DNA from: Octopus sinensis
Taxonomy: Eukaryota
Direction: 5' to 3'
Length of the DNA: 46,321 bases
NCBI RefSeq assembly: GCF_006345805.1
Contig: NW_021834607.1
Location: 1-46,321, forward strand
The notes beneath the pieces are model-generated. The model had not been told where the DNA came from. It made no database searches and saw nothing but the letters and a program-made list of their open reading frames with translations. Position numbers and translations under genes: made by a program. This document shows positions 11,396-22,677 of this stretch, one piece after another (position 1 is the first letter of the stretch; each line of letters starts with the position of its first letter).

Positions 11396-12510
11396 CAGGG
11401 GTAGGACAAAATAATAGAAACACCTTTAAATTTCAAACAAATTTATTTTAATATGGGGTAGGATCGCCTTTGGTAGTAATTACAGCTTGAATTCTACGAG
11501 GTATGGACTCGTACAAAGTTTGAAACATTTCTAAAGGAACTTTTGTCCATTCATCAGCTAAAACAGTCTCCAGCTCTTGTAGTGATGATGATAGAGGATA
11601 TCGATTCCTTTAAAATGCACCATAAATGTTCAATAATATTGAGATCTGGGGACTGTGGTGGCCAGATAAGATGTTCAACTTCACGAGAATGTTCTCGTGC
11701 CATTCCTAAGAAATTTTTTGCTGTGATAATTGGTGCATTATTATCCTAAAACACAGCCTCCCCCCCCCCCCCGGAAACAGTTCCGTAACCAGAGGATTAA
11801 TTTGATGAGATAAAATGCTTAAAAAGTCTTGGCTATTAATTCTGCCATGAAGGGAAACCAGTGCGCGGCGGATTTCCAAAATATAAACCCCAGGTCATCA
11901 CAGATCCTCCTCCATGTTTAACAGTTGGAAGAATGCAGTCTGGGTCAAATGCATCTTTTGGCTGTCTCCACTCGTATACTTCGCTGGTGGTGGGAAATAA
12001 GGTAAAGAAAATAACATTCTTCCACTGCTCTAGGGACCAATTCTGTAGGTTTTTACTCCACTCTAAATGCTTCACAACGTTTGTTTTTGAAAGTGGTGGT
12101 TTTCTGATTGCAGTCCTCACGTGAAATCCGGTGCAGCTCCCGGCGAACAATTTTTATGGTTATTAAGCTCTGCAGTAATTTTGGGAGCTTTACTTTTGTT
12201 ATCCTTTCTAACAATTCGTGCAAGAGCCCGATGATCCCTATCTGAAAGTTTTGGTTTTCTTCTGGAGTTTTGTTTCGATGAGGAGGTTTTTCCCTCTTTC
12301 TCAAAAGTTGTCTCAACTTTCGAGACAGTATTTCTTGAAACAGCAAACATTTCGGCTGTTTTCGTTACGCTAGCACCTGCCAAACAAGCACCAATAATTT
12401 GACCTCTTTGAATGTCCGATACAGCTGTCATTTTAATGAATTTTAGTTACCTTTTTCTGATGATATCTGAAAAGAAACAGCAATTTAATGAAAACATATT
12501 AAGCAACACT
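11396..12510 (-). mobile_element. Decayed Tc1-family DNA transposon, one terminal inverted repeat visible
   Basis: TA at 11394-11395 followed by CAGGGGTAGGACAAAATAATAGAAACACCT, a Tc1-like TIR; transposase remnants inside. No convincing second TIR near 12510-12550. Confidence 0.85.
11448..12419 (-). pseudogene. Tc1-like DD34E transposase pseudogene
   Basis: HTH region RGQIIGACLAGASVTKTAEMFAVSRNTVSK, then RKPPLS, TVKHGGGSVMTWG, F*DNNAPII, WPPQSPDLNIIEHLW and LYESIPRRIQAVI. Frameshifts, an in-frame stop and loss of the SDES motif (first catalytic D). Confidence 0.9.
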
Positions 12511-12664
12511 TATATATATGTAGGTATGTACGTATTATTTATTTTATTATATGATCGAACAACAGGCATCATTTTCCAATTAAGTTTTATCTCTCTCTCT
12601 TCTCTCTCTCTCTCTTTCTCTCTCTCTCTTTCTCTCTCTCTCTTTCTCTCTCTCTCTTTCTCTT

Positions 12665-12700
<36 letters not shown>

Positions 12701-12730
12701 CACATACCATTATATATACAACACCATATA

Positions 12731-12770
<40 letters not shown>

Positions 12771-12847
12771 AGAAATAGAGAATGCCACAGACTAACAAGC
12801 ACATCGATTGAACCACAATTATACCTTATTTGTAATAGAAAGTATGA

Positions 12848-12901
12848 CATAACAAAGTAGGTGACGTAACATATCTCACGGCCGTCACCTATTTTGTTAT
12901 G
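12848..12901. other. 19-bp near-perfect inverted repeat with a 16-nt loop (pre-miRNA-sized hairpin)
   Basis: CATAACAAAGTAGGTGACG ... CGTCACCTATTTTGTTATG; on the + strand 18 Watson-Crick pairs and one G-U. Confidence 0.55.
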
Positions 12902-13181
12902 CAATGCCTTGCATAAAAAAATGAGCTATAAATGCGATCCAATCGATGTGTTTGTTTATCTGAGGTTTTCTCCATTTCCTGATTATTTGCATTGGTTGCT
13001 TATAAACTCTTGTTTATCCTATTAATATCTGCACTGTATGTGTATGGTGTTCCTGCACACCAATGCCCGGGATTAATACCGCTAACGGATAGTATCTACC
13101 AATATTTTATCCCTTTGTCGGTTACTATAAACTCTAACTCTGTTTACACTATATATATGTACATATATATGTATATGTATT

Positions 13182-13250
<69 letters not shown>

Positions 13251-13285
13251 ATCTATATCTCACTCTCTCTCTCTCTCTCTCTCTC

Positions 13286-13325
<40 letters not shown>

Positions 13326-13472
13326 CAGACATGAATATATGTATGTATGTATGTATGTATGTAGTATGTATGTAAGTATGTATGGATGTATGTATGTATA
13401 TACACACACATACACACATATATTTAGAACAGAATGGAAAAAGTGGAGCAGGAACATATACGAAAACGAAAA

Positions 13473-13520
13473 GTGTCGCTGAAGAGGTCACAGATGTGTG
13501 ACGAAAGATTTCCGGATAAT
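13473..13520 (+). ncRNA. Minimal hammerhead-like motif (Penelope-type)
   Basis: CTGAAGA-G-[GTCACA-GATG-TGTGAC]-GAAA-GATTTC. 6-bp stem II, rudimentary stem III, weak stem I. Confidence 0.5.
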
Positions 13521-13645
13521 AAAATAAGAACAGTAATAAGCGACTGAAGGAAAAATATATATAATGCGTGTGTTTATTTGGCAAAAAAAAAATGACCATC
13601 CTGAAATACAACAATATATATATGTGTGTGTATGTGTGTGTGCAA

Positions 13646-13797
13646 TGGGCTTCTTTCAGTTTCCGTGTACCAGTTCCATTCACAAAGCTTTGATCTGTCA
13701 CAGGCTATAGTAGAAGACACTTGCCCAAGGTGCCAGACAGTGGGTCGGGACTATGTGGTTGCGAAGCAAGATTCTAGTCACATAGCCATCCCTGCAC
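13646..13797 (-). mobile_element. SINE family B, head and body fragment
   Basis: Matches 14340-14498 (ggcttctttcagtttccgt...gctatagtagaagacacttgcccaaggtg). Confidence 0.8.
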
Positions 13798-13804
13798 TAT
13801 ATAT

Positions 13805-14079
13805 CACCGTGACCGACCAGATGTTGTTACACATCGCTGGTAACAATGCGCTTCACATTGTTTTAGCCTTCAAATGACAAGCAGGCCAACAGAAGAAAGC
13901 GTGAGTGAAATTTGTGGCGAAAGAGTACAGCAGGGATCGCCACAACCCCCTGCCGGAAACTCGTGGAGCTTTAGGTGTTTTCGCTCAATAAACACTCACA
14001 ACGCCTAGTCTGGGAATCGAAACCGCGATCCTACAACCACGAGTCCGCTGCCCTAACCACTGGGCCATTGCGCCTCCAC
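13805..14079 (-). mobile_element. tRNA-headed SINE family C, near full length
   Basis: A box TGGCCCAGTGG and B box GGTTTCGATTCCC on the minus strand; second copy at 20575-20745. Confidence 0.85.
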
Positions 14080-14081
14080 GC

Positions 14082-14498
14082 ACTCTCTTTACTCTTTACT
14101 CTTTTACTTGTTTCAGTCATTTAACTGCGGCCATGCTGGAGCACCGCCTTTAATCGAGCAACTCGACCCCGGGACTTATTCTTTTTGTAAGCCCAGTACT
14201 TATTCTATCGGTCTCTTTTGCCGAACCGCTAAGTAACGGGGACATAAACACACCAGCATCGGTGGTCAAGCAATGCTAGTAGGACAAACACAGACACACA
14301 AATACACACATGCACATACATATATATACATATATACGACAGGCTTCTTTCAGTTTCCGTCTACCAAATCCACTCACAAGGCTTTGGTCGGCCCGAGGCT
14401 ATAGTAGAAGACACTTGCCCAAGGTGCTATGCAGTGGGACTGAACCCAGAACCATGTGGTTGGTAGGCAAGCTACTTACCACACAGCCACTCCTGCAC
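14082..14498 (-). mobile_element. tRNA-headed SINE family B, full length, with internal (TA/TG) microsatellite
   Basis: A box TGGCTGTGTGG, B box GGTTCAGTCCC, CORE-like ccttgggcaagtg; close second copy at 17695-18102. Confidence 0.9.
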
Positions 14499-14567
<69 letters not shown>

Positions 14568-15504
14568 GTGGTGTGTGTGTGTGTGTGTGTGTGTTTGTGT
14601 GTGTATCCTGCAAGACGTTTAGCCAAGAAATGTTGCTGCCGTTTATACTGACTCCAACATTTGATTGGTACTTATTATATCGACCCCGGGATGGAAAACT
14701 TTAAAAACTGAATTTTATGCTAGTTTGAACTTAGAACGTTGGGATACGCAATTTGAAGGGTCGCTTCTGCTAATCTTTTGACGTTCATTATATAATAAGA
14801 GCAATAACAATAACAATCAGTAGCAGCAGCAACGGTAGTAGTAGTAGTAGCAGTAGAAGTGGTGGTGGTGATAAAGGACGTAGTGGTAATGGTGATAGAG
14901 GAGGTGGTGGTGGGGTGGGTGTATTTGGGTCGGGTGGTGGGGGTGGTGGAGGCAGTAGCAGCAACAGCAGTAGCAGAGGTTGTAAAGATATAGAAATAAT
15001 TACCATTTGAGAATTAGTTAAATATATAAAGGCAGTGGGAGTTGTGGTGGTCGTGGTGGTGTTGGTGGCAGCGATGTTCGTGGTGTTGATGGCCGTAGCG
15101 GTGGCAGCGATGGTTGCAGTGTTGATGGTGGAGGCAGCGATGGTTGAGCTGATGACGGTAGGGTGGGTGTGATTGTAGGGGTGTCAGACGACGGCGGATG
15201 ACGCTGGCTCAACTTCTTCAAAGCAGCGGGGTGTCACATCTTAATATTTCGGATGCAGGATTTCTACCGAACACCCCCTTCATCCTACACAGCATCCCTC
15301 TTCCCCCTCCTGCCTTTCCCTGTCTCTATCTCTGGCTGTCTGTCTGTCTCTCTGTCTGTCTCTCTTTCTCTCCCCGTTTCTCTCTATTTTGATTCACTCA
15401 TTCCTATGACATCGTCAGCTCTTGTGTCCATTCTTTACAATATGAAGTCATTGGGTTGCGGTGTGAGGAGGGGCCAAAAAGAATGGCGAATGTGTCGAAT
15501 AATG

Positions 15505-15563
<59 letters not shown>

Positions 15564-15776
15564 AAGAAGAAGAGGAATATGCTTTTGACCTTTTTCTTTC
15601 GGTGCTTTTTGTGTGTTTGTGAGGCATCGGGGATGTTTAGTTAAGCTGACAGAGAGGGTCATTCCAAAAGCATTGTTTTCTATTCACCCCTTCGGGCATT
15701 GGGGCTTGCAGAAAATGAGGTGAGGATGTAATAGTGTGGCAAAGCAGGAGAGGGGTTATCAGAGGCTCCCTCGGGG

Positions 15777-15874
<98 letters not shown>

Positions 15875-16059
15875 AAGAGAGAGAGAGAGAGAGAGAGTGG
15901 GGGAGAGAGAAAGATATATAGATATACAAAGGGACAGACTTAAACAAACTACTTAATCACACATTCATGCCGATATGTGTGTGCGTGTGTATATACATAC
16001 ATACACACACACGCGCACAGATATATATATATAGCCGAAATGCATTAAAGAATTAAAAA

Positions 16060-16139
<80 letters not shown>

Positions 16140-16142
16140 TAT

Positions 16143-16195
<53 letters not shown>

Positions 16196-16201
16196 CAGAT
16201 G

Positions 16202-16257
<56 letters not shown>

Positions 16258-16305
16258 GAGATAGATAGATAGATAATTAGATAGGTAGGTAGGTAGATAG
16301 ATAGA
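16143..16305. repeat. (GATA)n microsatellite following (TA)n and (GA)n blocks
   Basis: Direct reading. Confidence 0.95.
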
Positions 16306-16598
16306 TATGAAGCGCAGGTGGGGAGAGTAAGGGAGAGAAATAGGGAAAGAGGGAGAGTAACTTACCGAAAGTGATGGAGGGAGAGAATTACGAATGATAG
16401 CAGAGATGGTGGTGGGGTGGGGAGTGATTGAAAAAGAAAGAGTAAGCGTATTAGAGACAGAGAAGAAGACATCCGAGTATGAGATGTGAATAACGAGATT
16501 TGTGCATCGCTAATGAAGCTGATGTCGGGTTACACGAGTATATATTTACATATGCAGGCAGCAGCACATCTATTCAGACACACAGACACACGGTCATA

Positions 16599-16685
<87 letters not shown>

Positions 16686-16749
16686 TAACTCGTTCCTGCT
16701 GTCTCTGTGTGCATAGGTATACGGCATATACACATATATATATATATAT

Positions 16750-16826
<77 letters not shown>

Positions 16827-17261
16827 GTATATATACAAACATACATATATATACATACATACATGTATACATACATATGTATATATACATATACATATAT
16901 ACACACACAGAGACAGAAACACGGATACTCATACACACACACTCACACACTCACACACACACACACTCACACACACACACACACTCACACACACCACACA
17001 TATGTATATATATATATATATATATATACTTATGTATATACTTACATACATGCTCGTTCTCACATGTACATATACAGAAAAAGTAAGGAATATACGATGC
17101 GATATTATACCGTCTCGTTCGTTTCTGATTTCAAGATCTCTACGATAAACAAGACATCTAGATTGAAATAAGAATCTGTAGTGTTAGCAATATATTTGAT
17201 CCACTGCCATGCATGCCGTTTATTTTGTCTCTCAATTTACAAAGAAACACTTATACTTGTG

Positions 17262-17335
<74 letters not shown>

Positions 17336-17694
17336 ACTCGCTCGCCCTCTCACTACACACACACACACACACACACACACATGCATAATATGATAACTGG
17401 TACTTCTTTACAGAAGAAGGCCGTCTCTCAAATTAGTTAATGCGTTCTTGAAATTTCATATGACATGCAAGTCCGTCTTTAGACAAACAACCTACTGCAG
17501 ATTTTACAAACATTTTCAGGCAGAAAAGTGTCTGGGATTGGAATAAAGTCTTGTTTACGAAGTGATCGTTTCACGATGGGTCGTTCAGCGCTTTTGGTGC
17601 TTCAAATGCTTTGGAATCATTCCAAACTGGTCGATCTTTCCTAATCTGCTCCGAGTCTTCAACATTCGTCCCTAAAATGCTACTTTGATTTATG

Positions 17695-18102
17695 GCTCTT
17701 TACTCTCTCGTTTACTCTTTTACTTGTTTCAGTCATTTCACTGTGGCCATGCTGGAGCACCGCCTTTAATCGAGCAAATCGACCCCGGGACTTATTCTTT
17801 GTAAGCCCAGTACTTATTCTATCGGTCTCTTTTGCCGAACCGCTAAGTGACGGGGACGTAAACACACCAGCATCGGTTGTCAATCAATGCTAGGGGAACA
17901 AACACAGACACACAAACACATACACACATATACATATATATATATATATATACGACGGGCTTCTTTCAGTTTCTGTCTACCAAATCCACTCACAAGGCAT
18001 TGTTCGGCCCGGGGCTATAGCAGAAGACACTTGCCCAAGATGCCACGCAGTGGAACTGAACCCGGAACCATGTGGTTGGCTAGCAAGCTACTTACCACAC
18101 AG
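17695..18102 (-). mobile_element. SINE family B, near full length
   Basis: High similarity to 14082-14498 along its length. Confidence 0.9.
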
Positions 18103-18572
18103 ACCTTTCCTTAAAACAACTTCTTGGGTAACCTGTCATCCTCCATCCCAGTAAGGTGCCTAGCCCAACGCATCTAATTATGTAAAAGGATCTAACGTAT
18201 TTTGGCTAACGTAGTTTGCTAATTTATTATAGTTTTTAGATAGAAAAGAGGAAGTGAGGGAGTGATTTAGAAACTTGATATGTCTATAAAAAATACGGAG
18301 TGGTTGACCCCGTCCCGACCTTAGGTTTAATTTCGAAAACATAACTGTGTCCCCAGTTAGATTTCGTTCAATAATGGATTTATCTTTTATCCATGCTCGG
18401 TCCATAGCTATCAGAAATATAGTGGGGCGATACCTTCTTATCGATCAGCAATTCTCTCTGGTTAGATGAAACCATTATGTTTCAAAAAGTGGTAATGCTA
18501 GTATCGATAAATGCCAAACAGCATGCCGAAAGAAGATTTTTACTTGCATCGTTTAATATGGTGAAATTGTAA

Positions 18573-18783
18573 AGGCAATGAAATGGCAGAATCGTTAGCA
18601 TGTTGGGTGAAATGCTTAGCGGCATTTCGTCCATATTTATGTTCTGATTTCAAGTTCGGCCGAGGTCGACTTTATCGCTCGTCTTTTTGGTGGCGATATT
18701 ATATGTAAGTAATGGGGTCGATGTAATCAACTTGCTTCCTTCCCCGGAGTTGCTGGCCTTGTGCCAAAATTTGACACCAATAT
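18573..18783 (+). mobile_element. SINE family A, diverged copy
   Basis: tggcagaatcgttagca...gaaatgcttagcgg.atttcgtc...gccgaggtcgacttt, as in 26557-26790. Confidence 0.8.
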
Positions 18784-20574
18784 TTTGAGTTTGCATCTCA
18801 ATCTATTAAAACCAGACAATCTCTTCCCCCAGAGATTCATAAAATATGTTACGACAATAAATTTACCAATAACATTGACAATAAATATATATTAAAAAAA
18901 ACTATTCCTCTGTTTTAGCTCGAAATACATTATTATTATTATTATTATTATTATTATAGATGAGAGAGAGATGACCATTACGAAATCGGAATTCAGATTA
19001 TCTTATTGCTATAGTAATTTATTTCGGTTGATAGTTTATAGACTGGCAAGTCGCTCAACACGTTTAGTTAGAAACAACGATTTAATCAAACACATATACC
19101 GTACATTTTACTACATTAGATGACATTTATTACCATCGATATTCTATAACTAGTATCCGAATGTTACAAACTTTATGTACATGAGAGAAATGTTATCGAG
19201 ATGACAAGAATTGCTATAAAAATGACTGAACAACCTCTAAAAAGCATGCCTAAACATTGCTTTATTTCCATTCTACCTCATATAATCTCTCTATAAGCGT
19301 GTTAGAACCATCATTTACTTGATTATAGTTGCTAATTACGTGCTACAGCAGTTGTCTACACTCCATAAATTGTTGATTTTATATGACAGAATACTTTAAC
19401 GATTCAAATAATAGCCACAGTGGACAACAAATCAATTTACTTTTTATATGAAATATCATCTTCCATTCTACTGCGACAGTAACAAGAAGAAAAGCAAAAA
19501 GCTAAGACTTGTCAAACGAAATTATTCGTAAATATAATTTATCTCTCTGTTGCAAGTGCAAATTCTAAAAATATATATAATATGCCTACAAGTAGTTACA
19601 GACAAAATTTACACAGGAAAAATAATTGCATGAGTAATGTAGGTGAGTATAATAGGTTTGTCTTTGAATGAATCCGTGAATAAACCGTCCGCACAGCTGG
19701 CTGCAAAAACATGGTGAATTACTTGTCCCTGTGTATTGCTTTACTGTCTTCTTTGGTTAACAGCTCGAACGTAGATAGCTATTTCATATCAATACTTTTA
19801 CTAATTTGAGGCATTGAAATACTGGGGCATTGCCTTCTAGGCGGGTTTGATGTGACTGGAATTTAGAACGTGAAAATGGCAGATTGTTGTTGTGCTTTGA
19901 CCTGAGAAAACCAGCGATCCCAGTTCATGCAAAAATAAAATATAATAACGGAACAAGGCTACAATTATTTAATAATTAACAATACGATTTGTACATCCGT
20001 CATCGTGCTAACCAGAAGTCGTTAGAAGGAAAAAAAGGAACTGAGAAGAAGAAATAGATTACTACAATGTATTTTGTAGGATGCTCTACTGATTCTACCA
20101 TCTAAATATGAAAAGTGTCATTCGTTTAGTTTTTACTTTTTTTGGTTATTGTTGGCTTCATTGTGTAATCCCAGAAGTAAACGAACAGCGCCACGCCGTC
20201 ACCTGTGGCAGATGTTGCCGAAGCGTCACCCCGAGGCAGTCAGTAAGTTCGTTGGGAAAAGATTGGAGAGCACAGAGCAAGATGTGACGAATGGAATAAG
20301 AAAAACAAGGGGTGATAGGAAACGAGCACGTATGCACCTTATCCAAGACTTTTGATTTTTTTGGTGCTGCTGCTACTGCTGTTGCTGCTGCTGCTGCTGC
20401 TAATGATGATGTTGATGTTAAGCGAAGCGGTCTTCTGTAGTGAGAGAAGTTCGAAACGTGGTCCTTTGCTATTCGTAAGACCCGCAGAAGAGAAAGCAGG
20501 TCAACCCCCGACACCGAGAGCATCGACGGATGGATGAATGCGCATCCAGGCTCAGCGGTTGCATAGGACGTCGA

Positions 20575-20745
20575 GGACAAGAAACAGGAAGAAAGAGTGA
20601 GAGAAAGTTGGGGCGAAAGAGTACAACAGGGGTCGCCACCACCCCCTACCGGAGCCTCGTGGTGCTTTAGTTGTTTTCGCTCAATAAATACACACAAAGC
20701 CCGGTCTGGGAATCGAAACCGCGATCCTCCGACCTCACAATTCGC
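20575..20745 (-). mobile_element. SINE family C, partial
   Basis: Matches 13890-14040. Confidence 0.85.
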
Positions 20746-20761
20746 CAAATATATATATATT

Positions 20762-20958
20762 TAGGGAAAGTTTACGTAAAAAACAAAAGACGAAAACAGG
20801 TGGTGTACAAGACAAACAGATGAATTAGTATAACGCTCAGGAATAGAAACAGTCTTTTACGTTTCGAGCCTACGCTCTTCTACAGAATAGGACACAGAAA
20901 AAAAACAAGGAGAGAAAAAATGTGTGTAGTGGCTAACGATCTATCATGGCGACTATCA
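20762..20958 (-). mobile_element. (TA)n-flanked mini-element (family X), hammerhead-like motif at 20852-20893
   Basis: Minus strand GTCCTATT-CTGTAGAA-GAGC-GTAG-GCTC-GAAAC-GTA-AAAGAC; homologous to 11104-11262. Confidence 0.75.
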
Positions 20959-20960
20959 TG

Positions 20961-20992
<32 letters not shown>

Positions 20993-22677
20993 GATAAAAC
21001 GGTAAGATAACAAAAGAAAGAAAGAGACCTCAATATTATGTAAATAGAGGAAATTTATCTATACAATATGTTACATTACTCGGTAGTCAAGATAAAACTC
21101 TGAGTTTCAGATGCCGAAGTGGAAATCCACAACACCATCTCTTCGGTTATCTGGCTATTTGAAAACGTTATGAAAAAATACCGTTAAAATGAAGGGAAAT
21201 TACTCTGTTATAACTCTGCTTTGCCTGCGTACTTATACATCGCTCGCAGTTTTCGTCATAAAAATATATAAAAATACATAAAAATATATAAAAATATATA
21301 AAAATATATAAAATCTTCTTGGGACATAACACAGAAAGCATGTTCTATCCGTTTTTTTTAGGGGACCAAAAACGTAACAGAAATTTAGTCACATGTGGGC
21401 ATGATCCGAAAAGCTCTGTCCTTGTATTTAGACATGTGGTAGGGTCTAAGCTGCTTTTCCAGATAAGCCATCTCTCCATGTCGCATAAACCGCACCTTCC
21501 GCTGCCGTTAGTGTAGGGCTTACATCTGGCCAAAATCTTCCATTGTATGTTATAATCGACACCTTTATCTCTTAAAGACCAAATATGATTGGATAATTGT
21601 GTCGCTTTTCTTTTGTTCCAGTGCCTAAAGCTCAAAGTGTGGTTATTGAACCTGGCCTTGAAATTACCCTCTGTCAGGCCCACGTATTTCTTCGTCGAAA
21701 CGGTGTCTTTAGTGGTTATAGAGTTTACGGTAGCTTCATATATGATGGTCTTGGACATGCAAGCTCCATTTAGCGGGCACAATTCTTTATTCCTGCATGA
21801 ACAGCTGTTTTCTTCTTGTGTTTTTGTATGTTATGATTGATTATGTTTTTAAAATTGGTAGTTGAACTAAAACTAATTTTTAAATTGTGTCTATTGAAGA
21901 GTTTCCTATAAGCATGGTTAACTGGAAAATGTCTATCTATTAGTGCTAGGAAATATACCTATATTGAAGGCCACCTCGGGTGAGTAAGGGGGCGTAAACC
22001 AGATGACCTTCCTATTTCTATTATTCCTTTTCCTTACTGTTGGGCTGGTGATAGGTGTATATTTTATTTTTTCGCTAAAACCACTATCTTTTAAAGCTTT
22101 ATTATAAACTGGGGCAACGCTATTGAAGATGTCCTCATTAGATGAGAGGCTAGAATCCTCTTACTAATATTTTTAACTAAATTTTGAATACTATAGGGAG
22201 ATGGCATGAACCTACATTAATATAACTTAGTCTATCATTGGGCTTCCTATAAGGCTTATAAATATTATTATTAAGATCTAAGGAAACGTCTAAGAAATTG
22301 ACAACCGTCAGGTTAGTGTCTATAGTTATACTAAGTCCGAAGTGTTTCATTAACTGGATAATATCCTTCCTAAAACGATCTTGTGCTGGTCCATTTGTAT
22401 TAGCTGTTAAGGCGAGGGCATCATCTTTGTAGATGGCGAAATGTACGTTAGGGAATGTCTTACCGAAGGTATCTAGGAGAAAGAGTCCAATTAGATCACA
22501 GATGCCTGCCCCATCATATGAACCCATGCTCACATCATTCTTGGGACATAACACAGAAAGCATGTTCTATCCGTTTTCTTTAGGGGACCAAAAACGTAAT
22601 AGAAATTTAGTCACATGTGGGCATGATCCGAAAAGCTCTGTCCTTGTATTTAGACATGTGGTAGGGTCTAAGCTGCT
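20993..22677 (-). mobile_element. Penelope-like element (C-terminal GIY-YIG), 5'-truncated left copy with a 140-bp duplicated 3' segment at its 5' end
   Basis: RT motifs DVSMGSYDGA...YKDD...VVNFLDVSLDL...YKPYRKPND and endonuclease CPLNG...IIYEATV...KYVGLTEG.FKARFNNH...C.LC...CPH. Direct repeat 21316-21455 = 22538-22677. Confidence 0.92.
21090..21152 (-). ncRNA. Variant hammerhead-like motif in the Penelope 3' UTR (left arm)
   Basis: AGATAA-CCGAAGA-GATG...CATC-T-GAAACTCAGAGT-T-TTATCT. Stem I 6 bp, stem II 4-5 bp, short stem III; U4 replaced by C and one extra U before GAAA. Confidence 0.5.

Noticed and set aside
11518-11566. CTGATGA...GAAA on the minus strand
   Set aside because: It lies inside the Tc1 transposase coding sequence, stem II is out of register, and stems I and III are absent.
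12510-12550. Possible second Tc1 terminal inverted repeat
   Set aside because: Only a few bases match the reverse complement of 11396-11425; the end appears lost.
12992-13140. Signal-peptide-like stretch LLFILLISALYVYGVP
   Set aside because: There is no ATG or clear acceptor, and the frame runs into microsatellites.
14788-15221. Pro-rich minus-strand ORFs
   Set aside because: They translate low-complexity (GGT/AGC/AGT)n sequence.
18955-18995. GATGAG...CGAAATCGG next to (ATT)n
   Set aside because: The CU of the core is missing and no stem II can be drawn.
20158-20748. 196-aa minus-strand ORF with poly-Ala
   Set aside because: It begins inside a SINE at a non-ATG codon, crosses a (GCT)n tract, and has no recognisable domain.
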